From assembly GCA_038249195.1 (NCBI GenBank), contig JBBRWM010000001.1:75489-139488 (forward strand): a stretch of 64,000 bases of DNA, given 5' to 3'. Both the position numbers and the translations under genes were made by a program. The notes beneath the pieces are model-generated. The model ran no database searches. It saw only the letters and a program-made list of their open reading frames with translations, and was not told the origin of the DNA. Positions 56,313-64,000 of this stretch are shown piece after piece. Positions within the stretch are counted from its first letter, which is position 1, and each line of letters begins with the position of its first letter. The stretch comes from Actinomycetota bacterium (GTDB lineage Bacteria > Actinomycetota > UBA4738 > HRBIN12).

Positions 56313-57736
56313 CGAGGCCGCTCCGCGGCGAGGCGCTCCCCCAGCTCCCGCGCCACGTCGATGAGCGCGAGCACGTCCTCCTCCGTGGTGCGGTAGTTCA
56401 CGAAACACGGACGCAACCAGAGCTCGTCGTCGATCAGCGCCGACGACAGATACACGCGGCCGTCCGCCTGGATCGCCCGTGCGAGCGCGTCGTTGTGCGC
56501 GTTCAGGTCGACCACCCCGGGCGGCGTGTGTCGCAACGGCACGATGGACAGCTGCGGCGGCGCCTCCAGCACGACGAAGTCCTCGGAAGCCTGCAGGTGC
56601 CGATACAACAGGTCGGCCTCCTCGAGGTTCCGCTCGATCGCCGCGCGGAACTGGGCCGCGCCGTGCGCGCGGAAGGCGAGCCACACCTTGAGCGCCCGGA
56701 AGGGCCTCGAATACTCCAACGTGATGTCCACCGCGTGCAGCTCGTGCCGCTGGTGCGGCAGGTAGCCCTGTTCGTGCGCGAACGCCGCCGCGAGCGCGTC
56801 GGCGTCCTTCATCAGGACGACGCCGCACGCCTTGGGCAGGTACAGCCATTTGTGGGCATCCACCGAGCACGAGTCCGCGCGCTCGATGCCCGCGAACTCT
56901 CGGGCCGCCCGCTCGGTGGCGGCGGCCGGGAGCCCGTAGGCCCCGTCGACGTGTAGCCAGACGCCGCGCGCGGCGCAGACGTCCGCCACCTCGCCGATGG
57001 GATCGACCGCGCCCGTGAGCGTGGTCCCGGCGGTGACGATCACGGCGATCGGCACGATGCCCTGGGCGACGTCGCGGTCGATGGCCTCGGCGAGCAGGTC
57101 GGGGCGCAGCCTGCGAAGGCCGTCCAGCGAAACGGCACGCAGCTGGTCCGAGCCGATCCCCAGGAGCTCCACGGCGCGCGTGACCGAGTAGTGGACCTCC
57201 TGCGAGCAGTAGACGGCGACGTCGCGTCCACCGAGCCCCGTCACGCGGGAGCCGGGCAACGCGTGCTCGCGCGCGGCGGCCAGGGCGGAGACGTTGCTGA
57301 TGGTGCCCCCGCTCGTGAACGCACCGCCGGTGGCCGGGAACCCGATGAACTCGGCCACCCACCGCACCGCCTGGTCCTCCACCTCGGTGGCCGCCCGCGC
57401 GTCCACGGCGAGGTTGATGTCGTAGCTGTGTGCCAGCAGGTCCGCGAGCGCCCCGATCTCGAGGCCGCTGGAGCCGATGAAGGCGAAGTACCGCGGGCGC
57501 GCCTGGGCGATCGATTCGTCGAGGATGCGTGCCGCGTCGTCCAGCGACTCGTGGACCGGGGTGGGTCGCTCGGGTAGCCCCGCCGCCAGCAGCCCCCGCA
57601 CGCGGTCGTCGAGCGGCGGCTCCTCCGGACGGAACCGGTCGAAGCTGTGCCAGGCCTCCCCCACGAGCCGCGCCGCGTGCTCGAGCGCCTCCTCACGAGG
57701 CGCGTCGAGCCGCAGCGGCCGTTCGGGATCGGTCAC
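56309..57736 (-). CDS. Group II PLP-dependent amino-acid decarboxylase
   Basis: SVDAHKWLYLPKACG (PLP-Lys). GTG at 57736, 10 nt after the permease stop. Confidence 0.85.
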   Translation of the reverse strand: MTDPERPLRLDAPREEALEHAARLVGEAWHSFDRFRPEEPPLDDRVRGLLAAGLPERPTPVHESLDDAARILDESIAQARPRYFAFIGSSGLEIGALADLLAHSYDINLAVDARAATEVEDQAVRWVAEFIGFPATGGAFTSGGTISNVSALAAAREHALPGSRVTGLGGRDVAVYCSQEVHYSVTRAVELLGIGSDQLRAVSLDGLRRLRPDLLAEAIDRDVAQGIVPIAVIVTAGTTLTGAVDPIGEVADVCAARGVWLHVDGAYGLPAAATERAAREFAGIERADSCSVDAHKWLYLPKACGVVLMKDADALAAAFAHEQGYLPHQRHELHAVDITLEYSRPFRALKVWLAFRAHGAAQFRAAIERNLEEADLLYRHLQASEDFVVLEAPPQLSIVPLRHTPPGVVDLNAHNDALARAIQADGRVYLSSALIDDELWLRPCFVNYRTTEEDVLALIDVARELGERLAAERPR

Positions 57737-57746
57737 GGCTCCGATG

Positions 57747-59264
57747 CTACGAGGGTGCGTCGCGATGGATCCGCTCGGCACCCCCGTCCGAGAGGTCGGC
57801 GAGCGCCTGGCTGGCGGGCTCGCGTCCGCGCATGATCGTGGTGACGACGGCGCCGATGACGAACCATCCCAGCGCGAACCAGGGCGCGAGCAGGGTGGGG
57901 CTGGGCACCTTGTAGAAGGCGCCGTAGATGGCCGCGCCCGTGAGCGCGATCCCGATCAGCGACGCGACCACGACCCCCACCATGTTGGCGTGGCCGGCCA
58001 GCCCGCGGAAGGCACCCACGGACATCAACAGGTAGACGACCACCAGCGCGAACCCACCGAACGTCGAGGCCCAGATGAACAGGGAGAAGTAGTGCGGGGT
58101 ATCGGGGAGCGCGAAGAGACTCGTCCAGAACTCGTTCAGGGCGATGAATCCCGCCATCACGAGGATCATCAGCGCGATGGCGCCCGTTGGCGTCCCGTAC
58201 CGGGCCGACACCCTCGCGAGCGGTCCCGGGATGCGGCGGTCGCGCGCCATGGCGAACACGCCCCTCGTGGACGCCGTCGCGGCCCCCACCCCGACGGCAA
58301 GGATGTCGAGCAGGACCACGACGATCAGCACCTTGAGGATCGCGTCGGAGCCGTAGCCGCCCGCGGCCTCGGGCGACCCGAGTGCGAACAGCGGCGCCGC
58401 CGCGGCCGCGAAGATGTTGTCGAGATTGAATCCGAAGCCGGCGACCTGCGTGTAGGCGGCGATCAGGTAGAAGACGCTCACCACCACCACGGACAGCAGC
58501 ACCGCGCGCGGGATCGCGCGCTTGGGTTCCGCGGCCTCCTCGGCGAGGTTCGCGGCGGTCTCGAAGCCCACGAAGATCAGGACGCCGTAGAGGACCCCGA
58601 AGAAGATCCCCGACCACCCGTCGACCGACGACGACGGGTTGAACGCCTTGGCGACGTCATTGTCGCCGCCGAGGTCCACGATGACCTTGATGAAGAAGGC
58701 CAACACCACGGCGACCGAGATCAGCGCGAGTGTGAGCTGGACCCGCGTGGAGATCTGTACGCCGAAGTAGAGGACCACGAGGACGAACAGGGCGAACAGC
58801 GCGCTCCACGCCCAGACCGGGAGCGGCGAGGACGAGCTGAACACGCCCGGCGCCGCCGCGTCCGCGGTGAAGATCGAATCGTGGATGTAGCCGCCGACCA
58901 ACACGCCGAGGCCGGCCGTGAGCACCATGGTGCCGCCGTAGTACAGCCAGCCGGCGGCCGCCCCCACGCTCGTGCCCAAGCCCGCCGACACGTAGTCGTA
59001 GAGCGAACCGGCAGCGTGGATCTTCTTGGCGTACTGCGCCACGATCCACCCGATCGCGAAGATGCCGATCGCGGCGATGAGCACGCTCAACGGCGCCGCG
59101 ACCCCGGCGCCCTTTGCGGCCGCATTGGCACCCACGATCAGGGGGATCAAGAACGCGGCCGAGAACACCGGCCCCATGAACCCCACGGACTGAGCCACGA
59201 CGTCGACGAGCGAGAGCTTGGGCGCTCCCAGCCGTTCGTAGCCGAGTGCTTCCTTGTCTGCCAC
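57747..59264 (-). CDS. APC-family amino acid/polyamine permease
   Basis: 505 aa, about 12 TM segments. APC N-terminal signature region. Confidence 0.85.
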   Translation of the reverse strand: MADKEALGYERLGAPKLSLVDVVAQSVGFMGPVFSAAFLIPLIVGANAAAKGAGVAAPLSVLIAAIGIFAIGWIVAQYAKKIHAAGSLYDYVSAGLGTSVGAAAGWLYYGGTMVLTAGLGVLVGGYIHDSIFTADAAAPGVFSSSSPLPVWAWSALFALFVLVVLYFGVQISTRVQLTLALISVAVVLAFFIKVIVDLGGDNDVAKAFNPSSSVDGWSGIFFGVLYGVLIFVGFETAANLAEEAAEPKRAIPRAVLLSVVVVSVFYLIAAYTQVAGFGFNLDNIFAAAAAPLFALGSPEAAGGYGSDAILKVLIVVVLLDILAVGVGAATASTRGVFAMARDRRIPGPLARVSARYGTPTGAIALMILVMAGFIALNEFWTSLFALPDTPHYFSLFIWASTFGGFALVVVYLLMSVGAFRGLAGHANMVGVVVASLIGIALTGAAIYGAFYKVPSPTLLAPWFALGWFVIGAVVTTIMRGREPASQALADLSDGGAERIHRDAPS

Positions 59265-59298
59265 GTGGTCCCCCTATCCTCGTGAAGAGGCGGTGGCG

Positions 59299-60195
59299 CT
59301 AGGCCGCGCCCCCGCCGGTCCAACCGTCCGCCGGGCGCTCGAACCACACGTGGACCTGGCCCGTGCCGACGGACGCTTCGTATTCGCTGAACAGCTCGCC
59401 GGGCGCCTGGCACCGCGCTCCGCCCACGGCGGCGGCCATCATCAGGTAGTGGCCGAAATGGCCCTCGGGCGCGGCGGCTCGATACTCGGGCATCCAGTCG
59501 ATCACGCCCGCGTGGTCGCCGTCTTGGAACATCTTGATCACGCGCTGATCGGCCTCGTAGGACTCCATCCCGAGGATATTCTGCGGGGCGGCGGAGCTCT
59601 CGTGCTGCCGCAGCTCCCGGAACGGGAAGAAGCGATGCGTCATGCCGCCCGAAGCCAGCAGCACGACCCGTCGCTCGCTCTCGGCCACCGCCTGCCCGAT
59701 CAGTTCTCCCAGCAAGAGGAAGTCCTCGGTGGTGCAGCACTGGTTGAGGGCCACGCTGATCCACCGCGTGGCCAGGTCTCCCAGATAGGTCCAGACGTTC
59801 ACCGTGCCGTAGAAGATGGGCAGGTACGGGTCGTCACACGCGAGGATCCATGTGTCGTCGCGGCCTTCGGCCTGCGCGGCGATCAGCTTCGCGAGGTCGG
59901 GATCGCCCGGCATGTCGTACGGGATCCCCGCCATCCCTCGCGGCAGCTCGTGGCTGGTGAACCGGCCCTCGCGCCGTTCGTGCGCCGTGACGATGTGCTC
60001 GAACGTCGATTCCCAGTGGGTGTCGAACACGATCACCGTGTCGGGCCGCAGCCGGTCGATGCACTCCGTGCGCATCCGACGCAGGCCCGGCACCAGCGTG
60101 ATCTCGTTGCCGTCGTTGAGCTCCCGGCGCGTGTCCTCCGGCAACATGATGGTGGGGACGTGCGCGACCAACGCCGCGCCGACGATCTCACCCAT
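59299..60195 (-). CDS. Class III extradiol ring-cleavage dioxygenase (LigB family)
   Basis: ...VIVFDTHWESTFEHIV...LASGGMTHRF (the His ligand pattern of LigB/DODA). Confidence 0.7.
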   Translation of the reverse strand: MGEIVGAALVAHVPTIMLPEDTRRELNDGNEITLVPGLRRMRTECIDRLRPDTVIVFDTHWESTFEHIVTAHERREGRFTSHELPRGMAGIPYDMPGDPDLAKLIAAQAEGRDDTWILACDDPYLPIFYGTVNVWTYLGDLATRWISVALNQCCTTEDFLLLGELIGQAVAESERRVVLLASGGMTHRFFPFRELRQHESSAAPQNILGMESYEADQRVIKMFQDGDHAGVIDWMPEYRAAAPEGHFGHYLMMAAAVGGARCQAPGELFSEYEASVGTGQVHVWFERPADGWTGGGAA

Positions 60196-60198
60196 GGA

Positions 60199-61695
60199 TC
60201 AGCCCCTTTCCCACGATGCGGTGCAGACGTTCTTCACGTCCGCATAGAAGTCGAAGCTCCAGGTGCCGCCCTCGCGCCCGATGCCCGAGTTGCGCGACCC
60301 GCCGAACGGCGCACCAAGGTCCCGCACGAAGAAGCAATTCACCCATACCGTGCCGGCCACCAGCCTGGAGGAGACGCGTTCGGCGCGACCCTCGTCGCCC
60401 GTGTACAGGATGGCGGCGAGGCCATACTCCGTAGCATTCGCGAGCGCCACGGCCTCGTCCTCGTCCTGGAACGCCTGTGCGGTGAGCACCGGGCCGAAGA
60501 CCTCCTGCGTGAGGATCTCCGAGCCGGCTGGGGCGTCGGCGAACAGGGTCGGCCGGTAGTAGAGGCCCCCGAGCTCCTCGTTCGGGCCCCCGCCGAACAC
60601 CACGCGCCCGCCGTCGGCCTTCGCACGCTGCACGAACCCGTCGACGCGCTCGAAGTGCTCGCGGGTGATCTGCGGGCCGAGGTCGGTGGACGCTTCACGC
60701 GGATCGCCCTGGACCAGTCCGTTCGCCCGTTCCGTCAGGCGCTCGAGGACCTGGTCGAAGATCGACGCCTCGAGGATGAGCCTCGTGCCCGCCAGGCAGA
60801 CCTGCCCCGCGTTGTCGAACTGGTTCACGGCCTGCTCCACCACCGCATCGATGTCCGCATCGGCGAACGCCACGAAGGGCGACTTGCCGCCGAGCTCGAG
60901 CGACGCGGGCGTGAGGTTGGCCCCCGCGGCGGCGGCCACGAGGCGCCCAGTGGGCACCGACCCGGTGAACGCCACGCGGTCCACGTCCGGATGCGCCACG
61001 AGCGCGGCACCGGCCTCCTCGCCGATCCCCTGCACCACGTTGAACGCGCCATCCGGGAGCCCGGCCTCGTGCGCGATGTCGGCGAGGAGCGAGGCGGTGA
61101 GTGGCGCCCACTCCGGCGGCTTGAGGACCACGGCGTTCCCCGCAGCCAGGGCGGGGGCGACGCGCCAGGTCGCGAGCATCAGCGGCGCGTTCCAGGGCGT
61201 GATGACCACGGCGACGCCCGAGGGTTCCCACGCGAAGCGTTCGGCGAACCCTTCGTGATCCTTCGTCTCGTCCCCGAGCCTCAGCAGGTGATCGGCGAAG
61301 AACCGGAAGTTGCGCGCCACCCGCGGCATGACGGAGTCTCGCATCGACCGCAGCAGGGAGCCGTTGTCGCACGTCTCCACGGCGGCGAGTTCGGGCACGC
61401 GCGCGATGACACCGTCGGCGACGCGATGCAGGACCTCCGCGCGTTCCTTGGGCGGCATCGCGCCCCACCGTTGCGAACCGGTGCGCGCGGCCGCGATCGC
61501 CGCGGCCGCCTCGCGCGAGCCGCCCCGAGCCACCTCGGCGATCGTCCGTCCATCGATCGGCGAGACGTCGCTGAAGGTGGATGCGGAGGCCAGCCGTTCG
61601 CCCCCGACCCAGTGGTGGGTGGAAACCTCAACCCCCGCAACCGTGGCGACCCCGTCCGTTGCGTCCCCCCGTCTTACGCCGGCGCGTCTGCTCAT
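60199..61695 (-). CDS. NAD(P)+ aldehyde dehydrogenase (hydroxy-/aminomuconic-semialdehyde dehydrogenase-like)
   Basis: ELGGKSP and catalytic Cys (GQVCLAGTRL) motifs. True start may be the internal GTG near 61626. Confidence 0.85.
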   Translation of the reverse strand: MSRRAGVRRGDATDGVATVAGVEVSTHHWVGGERLASASTFSDVSPIDGRTIAEVARGGSREAAAAIAAARTGSQRWGAMPPKERAEVLHRVADGVIARVPELAAVETCDNGSLLRSMRDSVMPRVARNFRFFADHLLRLGDETKDHEGFAERFAWEPSGVAVVITPWNAPLMLATWRVAPALAAGNAVVLKPPEWAPLTASLLADIAHEAGLPDGAFNVVQGIGEEAGAALVAHPDVDRVAFTGSVPTGRLVAAAAGANLTPASLELGGKSPFVAFADADIDAVVEQAVNQFDNAGQVCLAGTRLILEASIFDQVLERLTERANGLVQGDPREASTDLGPQITREHFERVDGFVQRAKADGGRVVFGGGPNEELGGLYYRPTLFADAPAGSEILTQEVFGPVLTAQAFQDEDEAVALANATEYGLAAILYTGDEGRAERVSSRLVAGTVWVNCFFVRDLGAPFGGSRNSGIGREGGTWSFDFYADVKNVCTASWERG

Positions 61696-61866
61696 GAGAA
61701 GTCGTTCGCTCCCGAACGGTATGGACGCGACCGGTGCATGTCAAGACGGGGCCGTCGCCGAGCGGCGGGGGGCGCGGTAGGACTCTCGGGCGTCGGCTCA
61801 TCGCGCAGGGAAGAATGGGCCATCGGCCCGATGGGGGGGCCGCCCCGCCCGTCTAAGGTCGGACCG

Positions 61867-62148
61867 ATGCATGATCCCCGCAGTCAACTGATCGACGTCT
61901 CCGACTCCGCGCTCGGCAGCATCGAACCGCGGAGCCCCGGCGCGCTTTTGACGCTGCTCGCGGAGCGGGAGCCCCTCGTGCTCGACGACGACGGCCCCCG
62001 CCGCGCCTATGCGGACTGGGCGCCGTTCGAAGACGCCTTCATCCGCACCGAGCGCGAGCGCGACCGGTCCATCGATGAGATGGCGGCCACGCTGGAGCGA
62101 ACGCCCGGCGCCGTGAGCCTCCGGCTGCGCAAACTTCGGGTGGGCTGA
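61867..62148 (+). CDS. Small HTH protein (sigma-70 region-4-like C-terminus), hypothetical
   Basis: 93 aa. ...RSIDEMAATLERTPGAVSLRLRKLRVG. Lies inside a 964-aa spurious ORF. Confidence 0.35.
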   Translation: MHDPRSQLIDVSDSALGSIEPRSPGALLTLLAEREPLVLDDDGPRRAYADWAPFEDAFIRTERERDRSIDEMAATLERTPGAVSLRLRKLRVG

Positions 62149-62158
62149 GCCGCCCGCG

Positions 62159-63097
62159 CTAGGCCCCCTGAACGCGCGACCACCCGTCCGCATAGAGCTT
62201 CTCCACGTCCGCGCCCAGGGCCGCCGTGAACGAGAGCCGGTCGAGCACGTCCGCCGGCGGGAAGATCACCGGGTTGTCCCTGACGGCCGGATCGAGCAAC
62301 GGCATCGCCGCCGGGTTCGCGGTGTCGTACTGGATCACGTTGGCGTTCTTCGCGCTGATCTCCGGCTCGAGGTAGAAGTTCATGAACGCCAGCGCGTTCG
62401 CGAAGTTCGGCGCGCCCTTCGCGACGGCCAGCGAGTCCACCCAGCGCAAGGCCCCGGCCTCGGGAAGCACGAAGCCCAGCTTCGGATTGTTCCCCTTGGC
62501 CTGAAGCACGTCTCCGGAATACGCGTGCGCGGCGACCAGATCGCCGTTCGCGAGGCCGTCGGCGTACGTCGCTGAGTCGAAGCCGCGGATGACCGCCCTC
62601 ATCTCGATCAGGCGATCGGTTCCGGCGTCGATCTCGTCCGGAGACGTCGTGTTTGGGTCCAGCCCCAGCGAGAACAGCGACGCCGCGTACGCGTCGCGGA
62701 TCTCATCCAGGACGGTCATCTTGCCCCGGTACTTGGCATCCATGAACACGGACCAGTCCGGGGGCTCGTCGAACACCGTGGTGTCGTATCCGATGCCAGT
62801 GGTCCCGGCGGCCCAGGGGATCGTGTAGCGGTTCCCGGCGTCGACCGGCTGCAGCAGCCCCAGCTCCAAGAACCGGCGCACGAAGTTCTCGCTTGGCACG
62901 ATCAGGTCGAACGAGGACTCCATCCTGTCGCCGGCACGCGGTGAAGACGTGCCCTTCAGGCGCTGCGCGAGCTCGTCGTTCGAGGCGTAGGTCTCGTAGG
63001 ACACGCCTATCCCGGTCTCCTCGCTGAATGCGCCGAGGACGCTGTGTGCGACATAGCCCGGCCAGTTGTGGAATACGAGCCGTGATGGACCGCTCAT
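62159..63097 (-). CDS. ABC transporter periplasmic substrate-binding protein, PotD/PotF polyamine-binding family
   Basis: 312 aa. PotD-like fold signature across the length. Confidence 0.75.
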   Translation of the reverse strand: MSGPSRLVFHNWPGYVAHSVLGAFSEETGIGVSYETYASNDELAQRLKGTSSPRAGDRMESSFDLIVPSENFVRRFLELGLLQPVDAGNRYTIPWAAGTTGIGYDTTVFDEPPDWSVFMDAKYRGKMTVLDEIRDAYAASLFSLGLDPNTTSPDEIDAGTDRLIEMRAVIRGFDSATYADGLANGDLVAAHAYSGDVLQAKGNNPKLGFVLPEAGALRWVDSLAVAKGAPNFANALAFMNFYLEPEISAKNANVIQYDTANPAAMPLLDPAVRDNPVIFPPADVLDRLSFTAALGADVEKLYADGWSRVQGA

Positions 63098-63137
63098 GAG
63101 CGAAGCCTCTCCACGACCCGCACGATGAACGGCGACC

Positions 63138-64000
63138 TCACGACGCGAAGAAGGCCGTGAGCGCGGGCTCTGCCCGAGCGTGCAGCGCCGCAGCCGCCCG
63201 TTGGCGCTCGAGGGTCTGTTGCAGCCCCTTCTCCGCCTGCGGGATGGGGTGCTCCGCGAAGAAGGCGGTCGCGTCGGCCACCTGCTCCGGGAGCGTGAGG
63301 AATCGAACGCCGTCGGCCATGCGGATGATCAAGGATGCCGGGAACCGCTCGTGCAGCTCGGCCCAATGCTCCTTGATGAAGTCCCACGCGCGCGGGCCCT
63401 GCTCGCGGTTCACGGTGGCGAACGCGAGCACGAACGGCGCGTTCTGGGTCCTGATCGTCCCGTCCGATGCGGCGGCGAGCGTGCGATCCATCTCGGCGAC
63501 CCCCCGGAATTGCGGGAGCGCGTAGAGGTAGCGCAGCTGCTCCTGGGGCGTCGGCGCCTCCCGGCTCATATGCTCGAACCCTTCGAAGTCCTGCGGTGTC
63601 CCGGTGCGCGCCAGCACCGTGATCGATGCGGCCGCGAGGGCGGCGTCCACGTCCAGGCCGGCGCGTGACTCCGACTCGAATTCGCGCGCGGCCGCCTGGG
63701 CATTCGGGTCCGCGCCCAGCACGCCGAGGCCTTGCAGCAAGGCCCCGCGGAGCGCGCGCGTGAGATCGAGGTCTTCCGCGCGGGCCTCCCAGCCGAGACG
63801 CTCGAGCGCCGGGGCCACCAAACGCCGGACGAACGAACGAAGGCTTTCGCGTGCCGCGCCGTCGAGGAACCGATCGCACCAACCGAGGCCCTGCAGCAGC
63901 GCCTGCCACACGGAGAGGTCGCCCTCATCGCCGAAACGCTCCGCGAACCGCACGAACTCGGGCGCGCTCGCCGCTCCCGATACCACGGCCGCCCACAGGT
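63138..64000 (-). CDS. pepN: Aminopeptidase N, C-terminal (ERAP1-like) domain. The gene continues beyond the window end
   Basis: Helical C-terminal domain pattern of M1 aminopeptidases. The ORF is open at 63986 and beyond. Confidence 0.7.
   Translation of the reverse strand, partial: LWAAVVSGAASAPEFVRFAERFGDEGDLSVWQALLQGLGWCDRFLDGAARESLRSFVRRLVAPALERLGWEARAEDLDLTRALRGALLQGLGVLGADPNAQAAAREFESESRAGLDVDAALAAASITVLARTGTPQDFEGFEHMSREAPTPQEQLRYLYALPQFRGVAEMDRTLAAASDGTIRTQNAPFVLAFATVNREQGPRAWDFIKEHWAELHERFPASLIIRMADGVRFLTLPEQVADATAFFAEHPIPQAEKGLQQTLERQRAAAALHARAEPALTAFFAS

Noticed and set aside
55800-57362. 520-aa minus ORF
   Set aside because: Only the C-terminal 170 aa (the MarR protein, start 56312) are protein-like. 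The rest overlaps the decarboxylase gene in another frame.
59254-62148. 964-aa plus-strand ORF spanning the LigB and ALDH region
   Set aside because: It is antisense to two well-supported minus-strand genes with clear family motifs and has an Arg/Gly/Pro-rich low-complexity translation typical of high-GC shadow ORFs. Only its last 93 aa (61867-62148) are kept, as a tentative small gene.

Overview
This is a high-GC (about 70%) bacterial chromosomal window, actinobacterium-like, with dense coding on both strands. Stop/start overlaps of the GTGA/ATGA type are frequent.

The left third (1-15.6 kb) is core housekeeping: an ABC ATPase, ddl, a Cys/Met PLP enzyme, plsC, cofC/fbiD, HU, tRNA-Gln, an isocitrate dehydrogenase with a C-terminal extension, a PadR regulator and a tandem array of PF04185-type phosphoesterase (PLC/AcpA-like) paralogs.

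A tRNA-Glu(CTC) gene at 15684-15756 is the integration site of a roughly 19.1 kb genomic island (15758-34836). The island is bounded by a 48-bp direct repeat of the tRNA 3' end (15710-15757 and 34789-34836) and carries a tyrosine integrase, XRE- and Xis-like HTH genes, and a winged-HTH Rep-like gene with internal iterons. Its cargo is defensive:
- a complete type I restriction-modification system (hsdM-hsdS-hsdR);
- directly downstream, a short HipA-core kinase plus a DUF3037-like gene;
- a divergently transcribed 579-aa protein of unknown function with a C-terminal 'RN..HG' motif I tentatively assign to DUF4209 from memory;
- a small nuclease-like gene next to an IS256-family insertion with a 9-bp target duplication;
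- an AbiE-like winged-HTH plus nucleotidyltransferase pair;
- an ERCC4-type nuclease.

A third, degenerate copy of the tRNA 3' repeat at 36145-36184 delimits a 1.3 kb decayed remnant that holds pseudogene fragments and two tiny hydrophobic ORFs. Next comes a csoR/copA copper module with a palindromic operator, and a second ERCC4 paralog.

The right third carries an HNH/DUF222 gene, a cell-wall amidase, gltX, FAH/ADC/LigB/ALDH catabolic genes, two P450s, a glutamine-synthetase-family gene, a MetE-C-terminal-like gene and, notably, a heliorhodopsin gene. The conserved first transmembrane region of the heliorhodopsin lies upstream of any canonical in-frame start, next to a G5 homopolymer. A permease–PLP-decarboxylase–MarR operon follows.

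No rRNA genes or CRISPR arrays were seen.

The best candidates for undescribed biology are the restriction-modification-linked HipA-core kinase/DUF3037 pair, the hsdM-divergent large unknown protein, and the apparently frameshifted heliorhodopsin.
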